Positions 11,195-21,792 of a DNA stretch of 64,000 nucleotides are shown here, one piece after another. The stretch is from Callorhinchus milii (Eukaryota). The translations under genes were made by a program, and so were the position numbers. The stretch covers positions 63,056,001 through 63,120,000 of the forward strand of contig NW_024704742.1 of the NCBI RefSeq assembly GCF_018977255.1, written 5' to 3'. Below the pieces are notes generated by a model. That model had not been told where the DNA came from and searched no databases. It saw only the letters and a list, made by a program, of their open reading frames with translations. Numbering within the stretch: position 1 is the stretch's first letter; every line of letters starts with the position of its first letter.

Positions 11195-13099
11195 GATGAT
11201 CTTAAAAGAGTGATAAGACAGGCTAAAAGATCGCATGAGAAGAGGTTAGCAGGTAACATAAAGGGGAATCCTAAAATATTTTATAAGCACATAAAGGAAA
11301 AAAGGTTAGTTAAAGGTAGGGTGGGGCCAATCAAAGACAATGACGGCAACCTTGTTGTGGAGGCAGAGGGTACGGCTGATGTACTAAACGAGTACTTTGC
11401 ATCTGTCTTCACAATGGAAATGGATGCCCCAAATGCCACAGTATTGAATGACAGGGTAGAGGACATAGATCAGATTACTATAGACAGAGAGGAAGTTCTG
11501 AAAAGATTGACTGGACTCAAAATTGATAAGTCACCAGGACCAGATGGGTTTCACCCAAGGTTGCTGTGGGAGATACGGGTTCAAATAGCGGAGGCTTTGG
11601 CCATTATATTTCAATCGTCATTGGACACAGGAGTGGTGCCAAGAGACTGGAGAGTGGCTAATGTTACCCCCTCTACAAAAAGGGGCAGAAAGACAAGCCT
11701 GGAAATTACAGGCCAGTCAGCCTAACTTCGGTAATAGGAAAGCTACTGGAGACCGTAATCCAGGACAAAATAAATCTCTACTTAGAGGAACACGAGGTAA
11801 TTAGAGACAGCCAACATGGATTTGTTAAAGGCAAATCTAATAGAATTGTTTGAAGAGGTGACTTCGAGGGTTGATGAGGGAAATGCAGTGGACATTATTT
11901 ACATGGATTTTAAAAAGGCTTTTGACACAGTACCGCATAAGAGATTAATAAAAAAACTGGAGGCCCACAGTATTAAGGGGACAGTAGCCGTTTGGATTAG
12001 GAACTGGCTGAGTGACAGAATGCAGAGGGTGGTGGTTAATGGGTGTTTCTCGCAATGGAAGGAGGTGTGCAGCGGTGTCCCCCAGGGATCGGTATTGGGA
12101 CCACTGCTCTTTCTAATATATATTAATGATCTGGACTTGGGCATAGGGAGCACTATTTCCAAGTTTGCAGATGATACCAAGTTAGGTAGGGTAGTAAATA
12201 GTGAAGAAGATTGTGACGGACTGCAGGCAGACATACACAGAATGGTGGAATGGGCTGACATGTGGCAGATGGATTTCAATGTAGATAAGTGCGAGGTGAT
12301 ACACTTAGGTAGGAAAAATGATAGGAGGCAATATAGGCTTGGTAGCTCAATCTTAAGGGGGGTGAACGTACAGAGAGATCTGGGCGTTCAAGTAAGCAAT
12401 TCATTGAAGGTGGCAGAGCAGGTAGATAGGGCAGTAAAAAGGGCATTTGGTGTACTGAGCTTCATTAGTAGGGGCATAGAGTATAAGAGTAGGGAGGTTA
12501 TGCTTAATCTGTACAAAACACTGGTTAGGCCTCAGCTGGAGTACTGCGTCCAGTTCTGGGCACCTTACCTCAGGAAGGATATTAAGGCACTGGAAAGGGT
12601 GCAGAGGAGATTCACGAGAATGATACCAGGAATGGAGAAGCTTAGCTATGAGGACAGACTGGAAAAGTTAGGATTTTTCCCACTAGAGCAGAGAAGGTTA
12701 TGTGGGGACCTGATAGAGGTCTTCAAGATCATGAAAGGTTTCGACAGGCTAGATAAGGAAAAGCTGTTTCCACTGGTAGGTGTGTCTGTGACTCGTGGTC
12801 ACAGTCTTAAGATATCTACCAAAAGAAGCAGAGGGGAGGTTAGAAGAAATTTTTTCACTCAGCGAGTTGTTAGAATTTGGAATGATCTGCCTGAAAGGGT
12901 AGTGAAGTCCGATTCGATAACAGCTTTTAAGAGAGAACTGGATAGGTATCTGGAGAAGACAGGTTTGCAGGGTTATGGGGAGAAAGCTGGTGAGTGGGGT
13001 TAATAAAAGTCAGTTGCTCTGTCAAAAGCCGGCACAGACTTGATGGGCCGAATGGCCTCCTTCTGTGCCGTAACATTCTATGATTCTATGATTCTATGA
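11195..13099 (+). mobile_element. CR1 LINE, 5'-truncated, ORF2 (reverse transcriptase) disabled
   Basis: ORFs 11087-11725 and 11816-13003 carry KSPGPDG, DFKKAFD, GVPQGSVLGP, KFADDTKL and RPQLEYCVQFW; ends in (ATTCTATG)3; frameshift in the C-run near 11667-11671 and a short deletion near 11836. Confidence 0.97.
11816..13003 (+). pseudogene. Open 395-aa remnant of CR1 ORF2 reverse transcriptase (start codon is an artefact of an upstream deletion)
   Basis: Uninterrupted RT core and C-terminus in the ORF track; the upstream HGFVKGK motif is in another frame. Confidence 0.9.
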
Positions 13100-13385
13100 A
13101 TTTATTTGGTGGGGGGGGTGTTGCGGGGGTGCATTGAACAGAACATTAGGAGAAACTCCTTTCTGTTTTTCAAGAAGTGTTTTGGAAACTTTAACATCCA
13201 TCTGGACAGACAGACAGGACCTCAGTTTAATGTCTCCTCCAAAGGACATCTTCTCGGACAATGTAGCACTCCTCAAAAGCTGCTGGGTTATCATCTTAGA
13301 TTACGAGTTCAAAGTCCCGAGGGGGGGCTTGAACTCATGACCTTCTGACCCAGAGGCAAGACTGCTATTAACTGAGCCAGACTGA
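13100..13385 (-). mobile_element. Deu-domain SINE 5' part abutting the CR1 tail
   Basis: Minus strand GGCTCAGTTAATAGCAGTCTTGCCTCTGGGTCAGAAGG head and GAGACATTAAACTGAGGTCCTGTCTG core. Confidence 0.85.
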
Positions 13386-14059
13386 TAGATCTTACCCTTT
13401 AAAACCATGATTGTGTCCAAGTAGAGGTAGTGTCTTAGTCAGGCATGGCTGCTCATACCTCTGTGCCATACATTTTCAGGGAGTTAGGAGCAGCATATAT
13501 ATTTGATTGGTTTAATGAGAAAGTAAGTTATAACTAGAGATGAATGATGTATCTCTGGGAAGAATTTGATTGTGCTAAATTGAGAGCATCATTGATTATT
13601 TTACCCAAAAAGCCAAACTGCCTAAAATGCTATCAAATATTTAAATAGCTGCTATATAAACCTCTCTGCATTACAATCAGACCACAGGAAGTTGGAGTAA
13701 CAGCTTATACTGAGTCAGCATGTCATTAACTAAGGACATGAGAGAAATGTCAATTAATTTTAATAAGTCAAAACTTCCAGGAAAAGTGCAGTCAAATGTT
13801 ATTAAGAAATTTGAATTGAAGAGGTCAAAGATACTTCAAACTTGAAACACATATAGCGCCCTTCATGTAGGATAATGTCTCAGGCCACATTTAATAACGT
13901 TTCTTCCTGGAATATGCTGGAAAGATAGAAACCCTTCAAGTAATTTGGCCTGACAGATTTTATCAGTGTCAATGCTACAATTGCAAGTAAAATTCTGTTT
14001 AAATTCCATTTAATACAAATGACAGACTTAAAATAGATGTTCAAGAGATGGTCTGGTAA

Positions 14060-14620
14060 AGAATGAAGGTCCGTCATACCCCTCGACCTAACCACAATGG
14101 TGGCAGTGTGGCTCTCATCTCCCGGTCCCCGCTCGGCCTATCCTTTACTCCTCTGGAACCTTCTCCTCCTTTGAGCACCTTATCCTTTAATCACCCCTCC
14201 AACCTATCTCTCAAAATTCTCCTCATCTATTGCTCACAAGCAATCCCCCACCTTAATCCCCGACATCTTCCCTTACCCTCTGATCCGAATGCTTCCTCAT
14301 CCTGGACAACAATAACAACAAAATTACATTTGCATAGTGCCTTTCATGTCAGGAGGACATCCCAAGATGCTGGGCAGACAGAGTTTCGGACCCAAGCTGG
14401 TCAAAGTGATAAATGACATTCTCTCTCTCTCTGTCCAGGGCTCCCTCTTCCTCCTTATCCTCCTTGAACTCTCTTCTGTTTTCAATATCATCGACCACTC
14501 TATCCTCATCCACCACCTCTCCTTTCACCTCAACCTTCACAGCTCTGTTCTTGACTGGTTCAGATCGTACCTCTCACACCGCCTCCACTTCATCTCCACA
14601 AATGGTTTCTCCTCTAGCAA
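14060..14620 (+). mobile_element. Rearranged L2 fragments (endonuclease-like piece, inverted tail at ~14310-14375, RT piece)
   Basis: GGSVALI motif; LVKVINDIL...LLILLELSSVFNIIDHSILIHHL...VLDWFRSYLS corresponds to the L2 RT motif LLDLSAAFDTIDH. Confidence 0.85.
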
Positions 14621-15056
14621 TACGTTTTGACATTATGCAACTATTTGTCCCTAAATTATCAATAAATTATCTATTTACTTGGAGAATCAACAAAGGTGGC
14701 TGCTGACACTGATTTACATGGAATATTTTTGAAGAATAGCTCAAGGTATAGTCCGAGACTAGAGAAACATCTTACTCTAACCCATGCTTTGTTTTACCTT
14801 GGAATAATGTACTGATCAGAGCAGTAAAATTTTAACATCTATTTATTCCTTTAAGTAAACTAATAAGATCAAATTTGGTGTTAAATGAGTGTAATATTTA
14901 ATGATATTCATGGATAAATATTAATAACCTCTGTTAATTAACCATATTAAAATACCTATTGTGGCTGATCTTGAGTACCTCTCAGGAAAGTTGGGTGTTA
15001 CTGGCAGCTAACCAATGGAGCAGTCTCCTTACAATGTAAAAGATGTCTCCATCAAA

Positions 15057-15400
15057 GGAACACAGGAACAGGAGTAAGCCATTCAGCCCCTCGAGCCTGT
15101 TCCACCATTCTATTAGAACATGCCTAATCTACCTCAACTCCAATTGCCTGCCTTTGCCCATATCCCTTGATACCATTACTTAACTAAAATCTATCCACCT
15201 CAGTCTTAAAAATTTTAATGAATCCAGCATTCATAGCCTTTTGGGGAGAGAGTTCCAGATTTTCACTACACTGACTCTAATTTTAAGACTATGCCCCCTT
15301 GTCTGTATTCTCCCACCAGAGGCAATAGTTTTCTGTATCTATCCTATCAAATCAGATCACCCCTCAACCTTCTAAACTCAAGCGAATAATTTATGCAACA
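15057..15400 (-). mobile_element. CR1 3' end fragment
   Basis: GGAACAGGAGTAAGCCATTCAGCCCCTCGAGCCTG is the reverse complement of the CR1 tail hairpin region at 63830-63866. Confidence 0.88.
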
Positions 15401-15559
15401 GGGAATCCCGTATGGGTTATGCAGAATCATGAGACCTCAGTTCTGACCCAAGATTACTTTAGCCCCAAAATCCCCTAGTCCAGTGTAATGTAAACACATC
15501 ACAAGGCGCTTTAGCAAATGGTGAACATCTTTCTATAAGAGCACTTTTCCATTCCTATA

Positions 15560-16058
15560 TTATCTACCAGGAACTGAACTCATGTAGTCTCAGCACATAC
15601 TCTGATGCAGTGTTGGGATTGTGCTGAATTGTTGGAGATGCGCACTTCAGATAAGACGTAAACCAAAGTTGTGTCTACCTGTTCAGGATATTTGCTCTTG
15701 AAGATCTTCCCCTTCAATCGTGCCTATGGTCACCTCTCCTTTTTCCCCAGCTTAGCATCAAGCATCAAGGTAAGTGCTCAGAAATGCTACCCCATGTGAA
15801 GGGCATTATATAAATGCAAGTTGTTGTTGCTAAAGATCCTACTGCTTAGAAAAAGAGGGAGTTTCTCCCAATGGCTTACCCAACAATCTCCAAATAAAAT
15901 TGATAATTCACTTCATGGCTGTTTTTGTGGGACATTGTTTTGCACAAATTTGCTGCTGCATCAACCTAAAAAAGGTAGCTGAACATTATGTATTTTACAG
16001 AGCACTTTGAAACAACCTCCTGACAAAAAAAGACGCTATATCAAATGCTATTATTATA
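15560..16058 (+). mobile_element. Deu-domain SINE interrupted by an L2 tail (~15690-15830)
   Basis: Deu core TTCAGATAAGACGTAAACCAAAG...TTCAGG resumes at TAAAGATCC after an L2 tail ending GTTGTTGTTG. Confidence 0.75.
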
Positions 16059-16744
16059 ACCTTAATCCAGCACTAGCAAATTACACAGATGATAAAATAA
16101 TACCCTGCTTTAACTCCAGCAGTTCTGTGCAATTTATCTATTTTCTTATTTCTCAATGAAAGATAAAAACATTGTATTCAAACATATTTTTCAGTTTTAA
16201 CCAAACAAACACCTTAATAGGAAAAATAAATATAAGATTGGTAGCTCAAACATTTTTTAAGTGAAATGAATTTTATGAACGACATTTGTTTGTAACCTGC
16301 TCCCTCTCCCCACCTCTTTCCTCTGTGCCCAGGTTAACTCAGATAATCATTCCCATCTCTCGGTCTCATGTCTACCAGGGAGATCAGATTCCAATTGAAG
16401 CTGATAGCACAGCCAGACTGCTCTGTCACACTTAATTCTGATTCTCAATTCCACCTTTGTGCTTCTCTATAGGTTGATATAATACAATATGACATTGTTC
16501 AAATAACTTCTGTTGCACGTTAGTACTAAATGTATTCTGCTAGGAACTTGCCTTTTTATTTTCCAGTAAAGCGAGATATAATGACAAGTCTTGTTCACAT
16601 AAAGAATTCAGTCCAATTTAAATAAAATGAATGTATGCTTCTTGTTATCAGCCATTTTGATCCTCTAAGATTACCCTATGAATTCCATTTTGCATCTACA
16701 TCTTTAATGATTTTCAAAGCCTAAGTGAATCTAGGTGAAAGCCT

Positions 16745-17015
16745 AAGTCAGCTGATGAATTCTCACCTGTTGAGTCGAATGTTATCAGGATTTTCATCTC
16801 ACACTGTCTCGGCTGACACTCCAATTCAGGGCTGAGGTTACGCTGCATTGTTGGAGGTGCCATCCTTTGGATTAAACATTAAAAAGGGTCTTGTCTCGGT
16901 TCAGGTGGATGTTAAAGATGCCATGGCACTATTTGTAAAGAGAAGGGAGTTTCTCCCAGTGTCTTTGAAAACATTCCTCCAAATAATTTTGATCATTAAT
17001 TTCATGGATGTCTGT
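16745..17015 (+). mobile_element. Deu-domain SINE, 3'-truncated
   Basis: GCTGCATTGTTGGAGGTGCCATCCTTTGG...GGATGTTAAAGATGCCATGGCACTATTTG core. Confidence 0.85.
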
Positions 17016-17019
17016 GGGC

Positions 17020-17112
17020 ACAATGCTGACATACTGAATGAGTACTTTGCATCTGTCTTCACAAAAGAAGAGGATGGAGCCAATGCCACAGTATCGGAGG
17101 AGAGGGTAGAGA
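17020..17112 (+). mobile_element. Internal CR1 ORF2 fragment
   Basis: ADILNEYFASVFTKEEDGANATV, homologous to 11375-11445. Confidence 0.85.
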
Positions 17113-17114
17113 AA

Positions 17115-17367
17115 CTTTCCTTTTTAATATCTACATGATGACATCACCCGCAGACCTGGGGTCAACTTCCACATGTATGCGGACGACACCCAACTCTACC
17201 TCTCTGCCTCCATCCTCGATTCCAGGACAACTGTCACCCTTACAGATTGCGTGTTGGACATCAAGTCCTGGATGAGAGCTAACTTCCTGCTGTTGAATGG
17301 CAACAAGACCGAGGTCCTCCTGCTTGGCTCCCATCAGTGCCTCCATACAAATGTAATTTTGTTGTCG
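17115..17367 (+). mobile_element. L2 RT fragment fused to an L2 tail
   Basis: MYADDTQLYL...IKSWMRANFLLLNGNKTEVLL followed directly by ATACAAATGTAATTTTGTTGTCG. Confidence 0.9.
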
Positions 17368-17600
17368 TTCATCAGTGACATGTTGGTTGGCATCGAGGGG
17401 GAAGGACTTGGTGTATCTGCAATCCAGACAGGATTGCAGCGTTTCTATTTGCAGATGATATTGTGCTGCTGGCGGACTCACTTGGGGACCTGCTGCACTG
17501 CACCCGCCGTCTTGAACACTGGGCTAACTGGTGGAACATGGTGGTAGGCACCCCAAAGCGCGGAATCATGGTTCTGCATGGCCCAGGAGCTGTGGTGGTT
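17368..17600 (+). mobile_element. Non-LTR reverse transcriptase fragment unlike local CR1 or L2 (RTE/RTEX-like)
   Basis: Manual translation: FISDMLVGIEGEGLGV, one frameshift, then DRIAAFLFADDIVLLADSLGDLLHCTRRLEHWANWWNMVVGTPKRGIMVLHG; FADD at 17448-17459. Confidence 0.8.
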
Positions 17601-18119
17601 TCACTGAGTGAGATTGTCATACTTCTACAATCTGGATAAGGTATCAACATTAAAGAGCACAGAGAATTCAGGCAATATCATTAAGTTGAGCATGCTCGAT
17701 GGTAAACTCTGTGTGCTAATTTAGCTCCCGTCACATTTATCATGCTCAGCCACCTCTTCAAACTGCTCTCCATATTTTAATGAGGTCTTGGGGGAAGTAT
17801 ATTTCGTAATTAACCTCATTTCCATATGTAAATTCATTTGGGCAATAAAAGATGCTCTCCAAGTTTGGGCCAGATGGGACTTTACATTTTGGTTAGTAAT
17901 GAAAATATGAAAACATTTATGATGAAGATAAGATTGTCATCATTAGTTTGCACCCAACTCCTTTTACTATTACACATGAAAATCAAAACAAAAAGGGAAG
18001 TGCTGAATGTATACTTAGCAGCTAATTCTAACCTAAATTTACATATTTTAAATAGCATACTCGTTACATTATACATTTTGCCAACCATGCAACAGTAGTT
18101 CAAGCTAACTTTCTATTGT

Positions 18120-18415
18120 AGTGCTGGAGGTGTAGTACTTTGGATGAGACATTAAACCTAGGTTATGTCTATCTGCTCAGATGGACATTAAAGATCCAAT
18201 GGCACTCCCTGAAAAGAGAAAGGAGTTTCTCCCAGTGTCCTAATCAATAATCCCTCACATAAAATTGTTCATTCACTTCATGGTTGTTTGTTGGACATTG
18301 CTCTGCACAAATTGGCTGCCAGCTTAACCGACAAAATACAGTCACTACACTTTACAGTAAATCCTGCAAAGTAATTTGATATGTCCTATGAAAAACGCTA
18401 TATCAAATACAAGCT
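18120..18415 (+). mobile_element. Deu-domain SINE core and tail
   Basis: TTTGGATGAGACATTAAACC...GGACATTAAAGATCCAATGGCACT, then shared tail. Confidence 0.85.
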
Positions 18416-18459
18416 TGTTTTCTACTTTATTTCTTATTCATTGTTTTATCTTTTTCTGC

Positions 18460-18760
18460 TTAGATTAACTATTCGAACACCCTGCTCATGGGACTCCTCA
18501 GTTCCTCCCTCCTCCACAAGGCTGCTGACCATCCAGAAAACTGCAGCTCATATGCTCTCCTACACCTCCATCCTTCATCAGCTCCACTGGCACCTTGTAC
18601 CACAGAGGATCAATTTCAAGATCCTTGTCCTTAACCTTCATAATCTCACCCCACCCTGACTGAATGCTCCTTGAACCCAGCACTCTGAACCCTCTCTCAA
18701 CTCAGCAAACATCAGCCTGCATTTGCTGTTGCTAGTCTTCCTTTCTCTCCTTCCTCCCTC
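18460..18760 (+). mobile_element. L2 3' fragment
   Basis: IQKTAAHML...LHQLHWHLVPQRINFKILVL motif. Confidence 0.85.
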
Positions 18761-18839
18761 AGAGGGTTCTGTTTGGAAGCAAGGCAGGAGCTCCTCATAC
18801 TTATTCAGATTTTGGTAAAATAAACATCTCATAACTGTT

Positions 18840-18974
18840 CTGACGAACGGTCGTGGACCCGAAATGTTGAATCACTTTCCTTTCTCCATAGATGATTCCT
18901 GACCTGCTGAGTGTTCCCAACGACTTCTGTTTCTGTTTTAGATTTCCAGCATCTGCAGTATTTTGTGTTTTATT
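18840..18974 (+). mobile_element. Short Penelope-like (pLTR-type) repeat starting with a minimal hammerhead ribozyme motif
   Basis: CTGACGA (18840-18846), helix GGTC-GTG-GACC, GAAA (18861-18864); flanked by exact TCATAACTGTT at 18829-18839 and 18975-18985. Confidence 0.75.
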
Positions 18975-19638
18975 TCATAACTGTTACTTGGTGTGTAGTT
19001 TTAATTCCTTATAGTGAATAGGTTGATCAATGAGAACCATTGCCTTAATTGTGAGAAACGTTAGAGGCTTCATTATAACATTCTTCTTCATTGGGTGAAT
19101 TAAGTTATACCTCTGTTGCAGTGCAGATTTAATTCACTGCACATGCTAGCTTGCTTGTGGAAACATTCCTAGTACTGTCCACCTTATCAAATCTCAATCC
19201 CATTTCCAGAGAGAAAATCTCTAACCTGTCCAATTTTTCATGACAGCTCTATCCACTCATCCAAGGTAGCATCTAAGTAAATCTTAGATTCTTTTGAACA
19301 TTATAATATCCTTCCTGTAATATGGCGACCAGAACCACACACAGTGCTACAAATGTGCTTTAACCAAGGTTTTATATAAATGTAACTTGAACAATGTAAC
19401 AAGGGACAGAGACCAACTTCTGCCATTTGTACTGCTACACATTTGTATCTAGATCCCCACTGAATTAATTTTAGTGCTACTTGTATTCAAATTAATTATT
19501 TATTGGAGGTAGTTTTGCTCAAACACACATTTCATATCAGAAAATTTTACTTTTTATAGTACCTTTTCATGTCAACTGAAAAATACATAGTCACAGTAAA
19601 TCCCGTGAAGGGCTCTGAGATGTACTCCCAACATGAAA

Positions 19639-19889
19639 AGAACACACTGTAAAGTGAATTGACTGTATATTTGTGGGCGAACGCGGCAGCCAATTGCGCA
19701 CAGCAAATGTCCCACAAACAGTCATAGATTGAAAATGACCCATTTATTATTGTTTTTTTGTTTTTTTGGAGGGATTATTATTAGGCGTGTGGAGTAAGGA
19801 AACTTGCCCAAGGTTTCGCCCTGCCTGGAATTGAACTCAGGTCTCTCGCTTGCAAGGCGAGTGCTCTAACCACTGAGCTACAGGACTCC
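19639..19889 (-). mobile_element. tRNA-Ala SINE type A lacking its 3' tail
   Basis: Intact head (GGACTCC at 19883-19889 on plus strand); similarity stops at AGAACACACTG. Confidence 0.92.
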
Positions 19890-20240
19890 ACATCTTCACC
19901 TTTGATTGCTCCTTGTCCCTTTCCATAAGTACTCTAAACCTAATGATGTTGTGATCACTGTTATCCAGATGCTCTCCTACTGAAACCTGCTCCACTTGCC
20001 CCACTTCATTCCCCGGAACTAGATTCAGCACTGCTTCCTCCCTCATTGGGCTGGAAACATACTGATTCAGAAAGTTATTCTGCACCATTTCAGGAATGCT
20101 TCCCCCTCGTTGCCCTTCACATTGTTATTTTTCCAGTCTATGTGAGAATAATTGAAGTCCCCCATTATCTCTACTCTATTGGTTTTGGGTCTTTCTGAAA
20201 TCTGCTTGCAGATTTGCTTGTCTATTTCCTTCCTTTTATT
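19890..20240 (-). mobile_element. CR1 ORF2 APE-endonuclease fragment
   Basis: YRPPN, IMGDFNY, NNFLNQYVSSPMREEAVLNLV and LDNSDHN motifs in ORFs 20067-20336 and 19837-20088. Confidence 0.9.
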
Positions 20241-21466
20241 TGGTGGTCTATAGTGTACGCTATAGGCTGACCCTCCAGCACAGTTTTTTTTGGGAGAGGC
20301 TGGATTGTTGGAGGTGCCGTCCTTTGAATGAGACATTAAACCAAGGTTTTTTTTCAGGGGACATTAATGATTCCATGACACTGCTTGAAAAGAGAAGGAA
20401 GTTTCTCCAAGTGTCCTGCCCCCTGGATAGAATTGATCATTCACTCCATGCCTGTGTTTCACTTTAGAAGTACTCCTGATGTGAACGATGCTATGTTAAT
20501 TTCAAGGATTATTATTGTTACTTGGGATAATTATATGATGTTATACAGTAAATAAATTGATTGAAAAAAATATCTAACTTACATGGAAACTGTGATCCAT
20601 CCTGCTAGTTTTATTACTTACCTAGCAAAAGCAAATAACTTTAAATATACAGACTGCATATTAAAGACAAAAGGGCCGAGGGCATGAATCAGTGGCACAA
20701 ATATAAGAGCCTTCAAGAAAGCTACAGGCACCTCAATTACCATAGATTCCTCAATTTCTTTTTTAATTTGAAATTTTAGCTGGCTTTGAGGGGAAACAAT
20801 TTTCCCTTAAAAACCCCAAATTGAGGAATTTAAGCTGTCAGACAAAAAAAATTTGCATCATGTAAAAGGTCAAAAGGAGAAAAAATGGTCCTTCATTTTG
20901 CATTATACTGATTTCTCATTTTGTAAAATAACAATCTGCACCATCTTTACATTTGCTACAGCACATGTAACATCCAGCTGTCTCAAAGAGACTCACATCA
21001 AATAATTGCCATCAAGTACAGTGACTCTACATTTGTAGGAAAATGAAGGAAATGAACAATTTGAGTATAGCAAAGTCACATACACAGGAAGTGAAAAATC
21101 AATTTGCTTGAAGGATTCTTGGCCAAAGAAAAATCGCTCCTAATCTGGAATAGTACCATAGGTTCTTTTAAACTCCACCTGAATGGGCAATTGAAACCTT
21201 GGTTTGACGTCTCATCTGAAGAAGAGACTTTGAAACTAAGAACTGCTTGTGCATACTGATGGGAACAACAATTGCTCACACGCCGTCAGTTACTATAGAA
21301 CTTAAGCATGTCCCAAATGTTCGGCCAGAATTAGCTCTCACAGTCCCTCTGATTGGCAACGTCGCTAATCTGTGTTGAAAAGAATGCAAGAGGCCAGTTG
21401 TGAACCAATGAATTGATAACTGAACCAAACAGCTGAGCTAACCGCAAGACGAAACTAACCTAATCG

Positions 21467-21792
21467 CATGATGCAAGTAACTCCAAGGATGTGGTGTGAG
21501 GTGCCGCTTTGCATTTAAAGTGCTTTCAATAAACATGAGATCTCAGGGCACTTGGGCAAGTTTCCTTACTCCACACGCCTAATAATAATCCCTCCAAAAC
21601 CCAAAACAATAATAAATTGCTCATTTTCAATCTACGACTGTTTGTGGGACATTGCTGTGCGCAATTGGCTGCCGTGTTCGCTCACAAATATACAGTCAAT
21701 TCACTTTACAGTGTATTCTGTGAAGCGCTTTGGGACGTTCTCCCGACGTGAAAAGCGCTATATCAAATGCAAGGATTATTATTATTATTATT
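21467..21792 (+). mobile_element. Variant tRNA-Ala SINE: foreign 84-bp segment joined to the SINE body, no tRNA head
   Basis: 21467-21550 matches 52408-52491 with 3 mismatches, followed by the standard CTTGGGCAAG body and (TTA)n tail. Confidence 0.88.

Noticed and set aside
11087..13003. Intact or domesticated reverse transcriptase gene
   Set aside because: 5'-truncated, no endonuclease domain, frameshift and deletion; the first ~35 codons of ORF 11087 come from flanking DNA.
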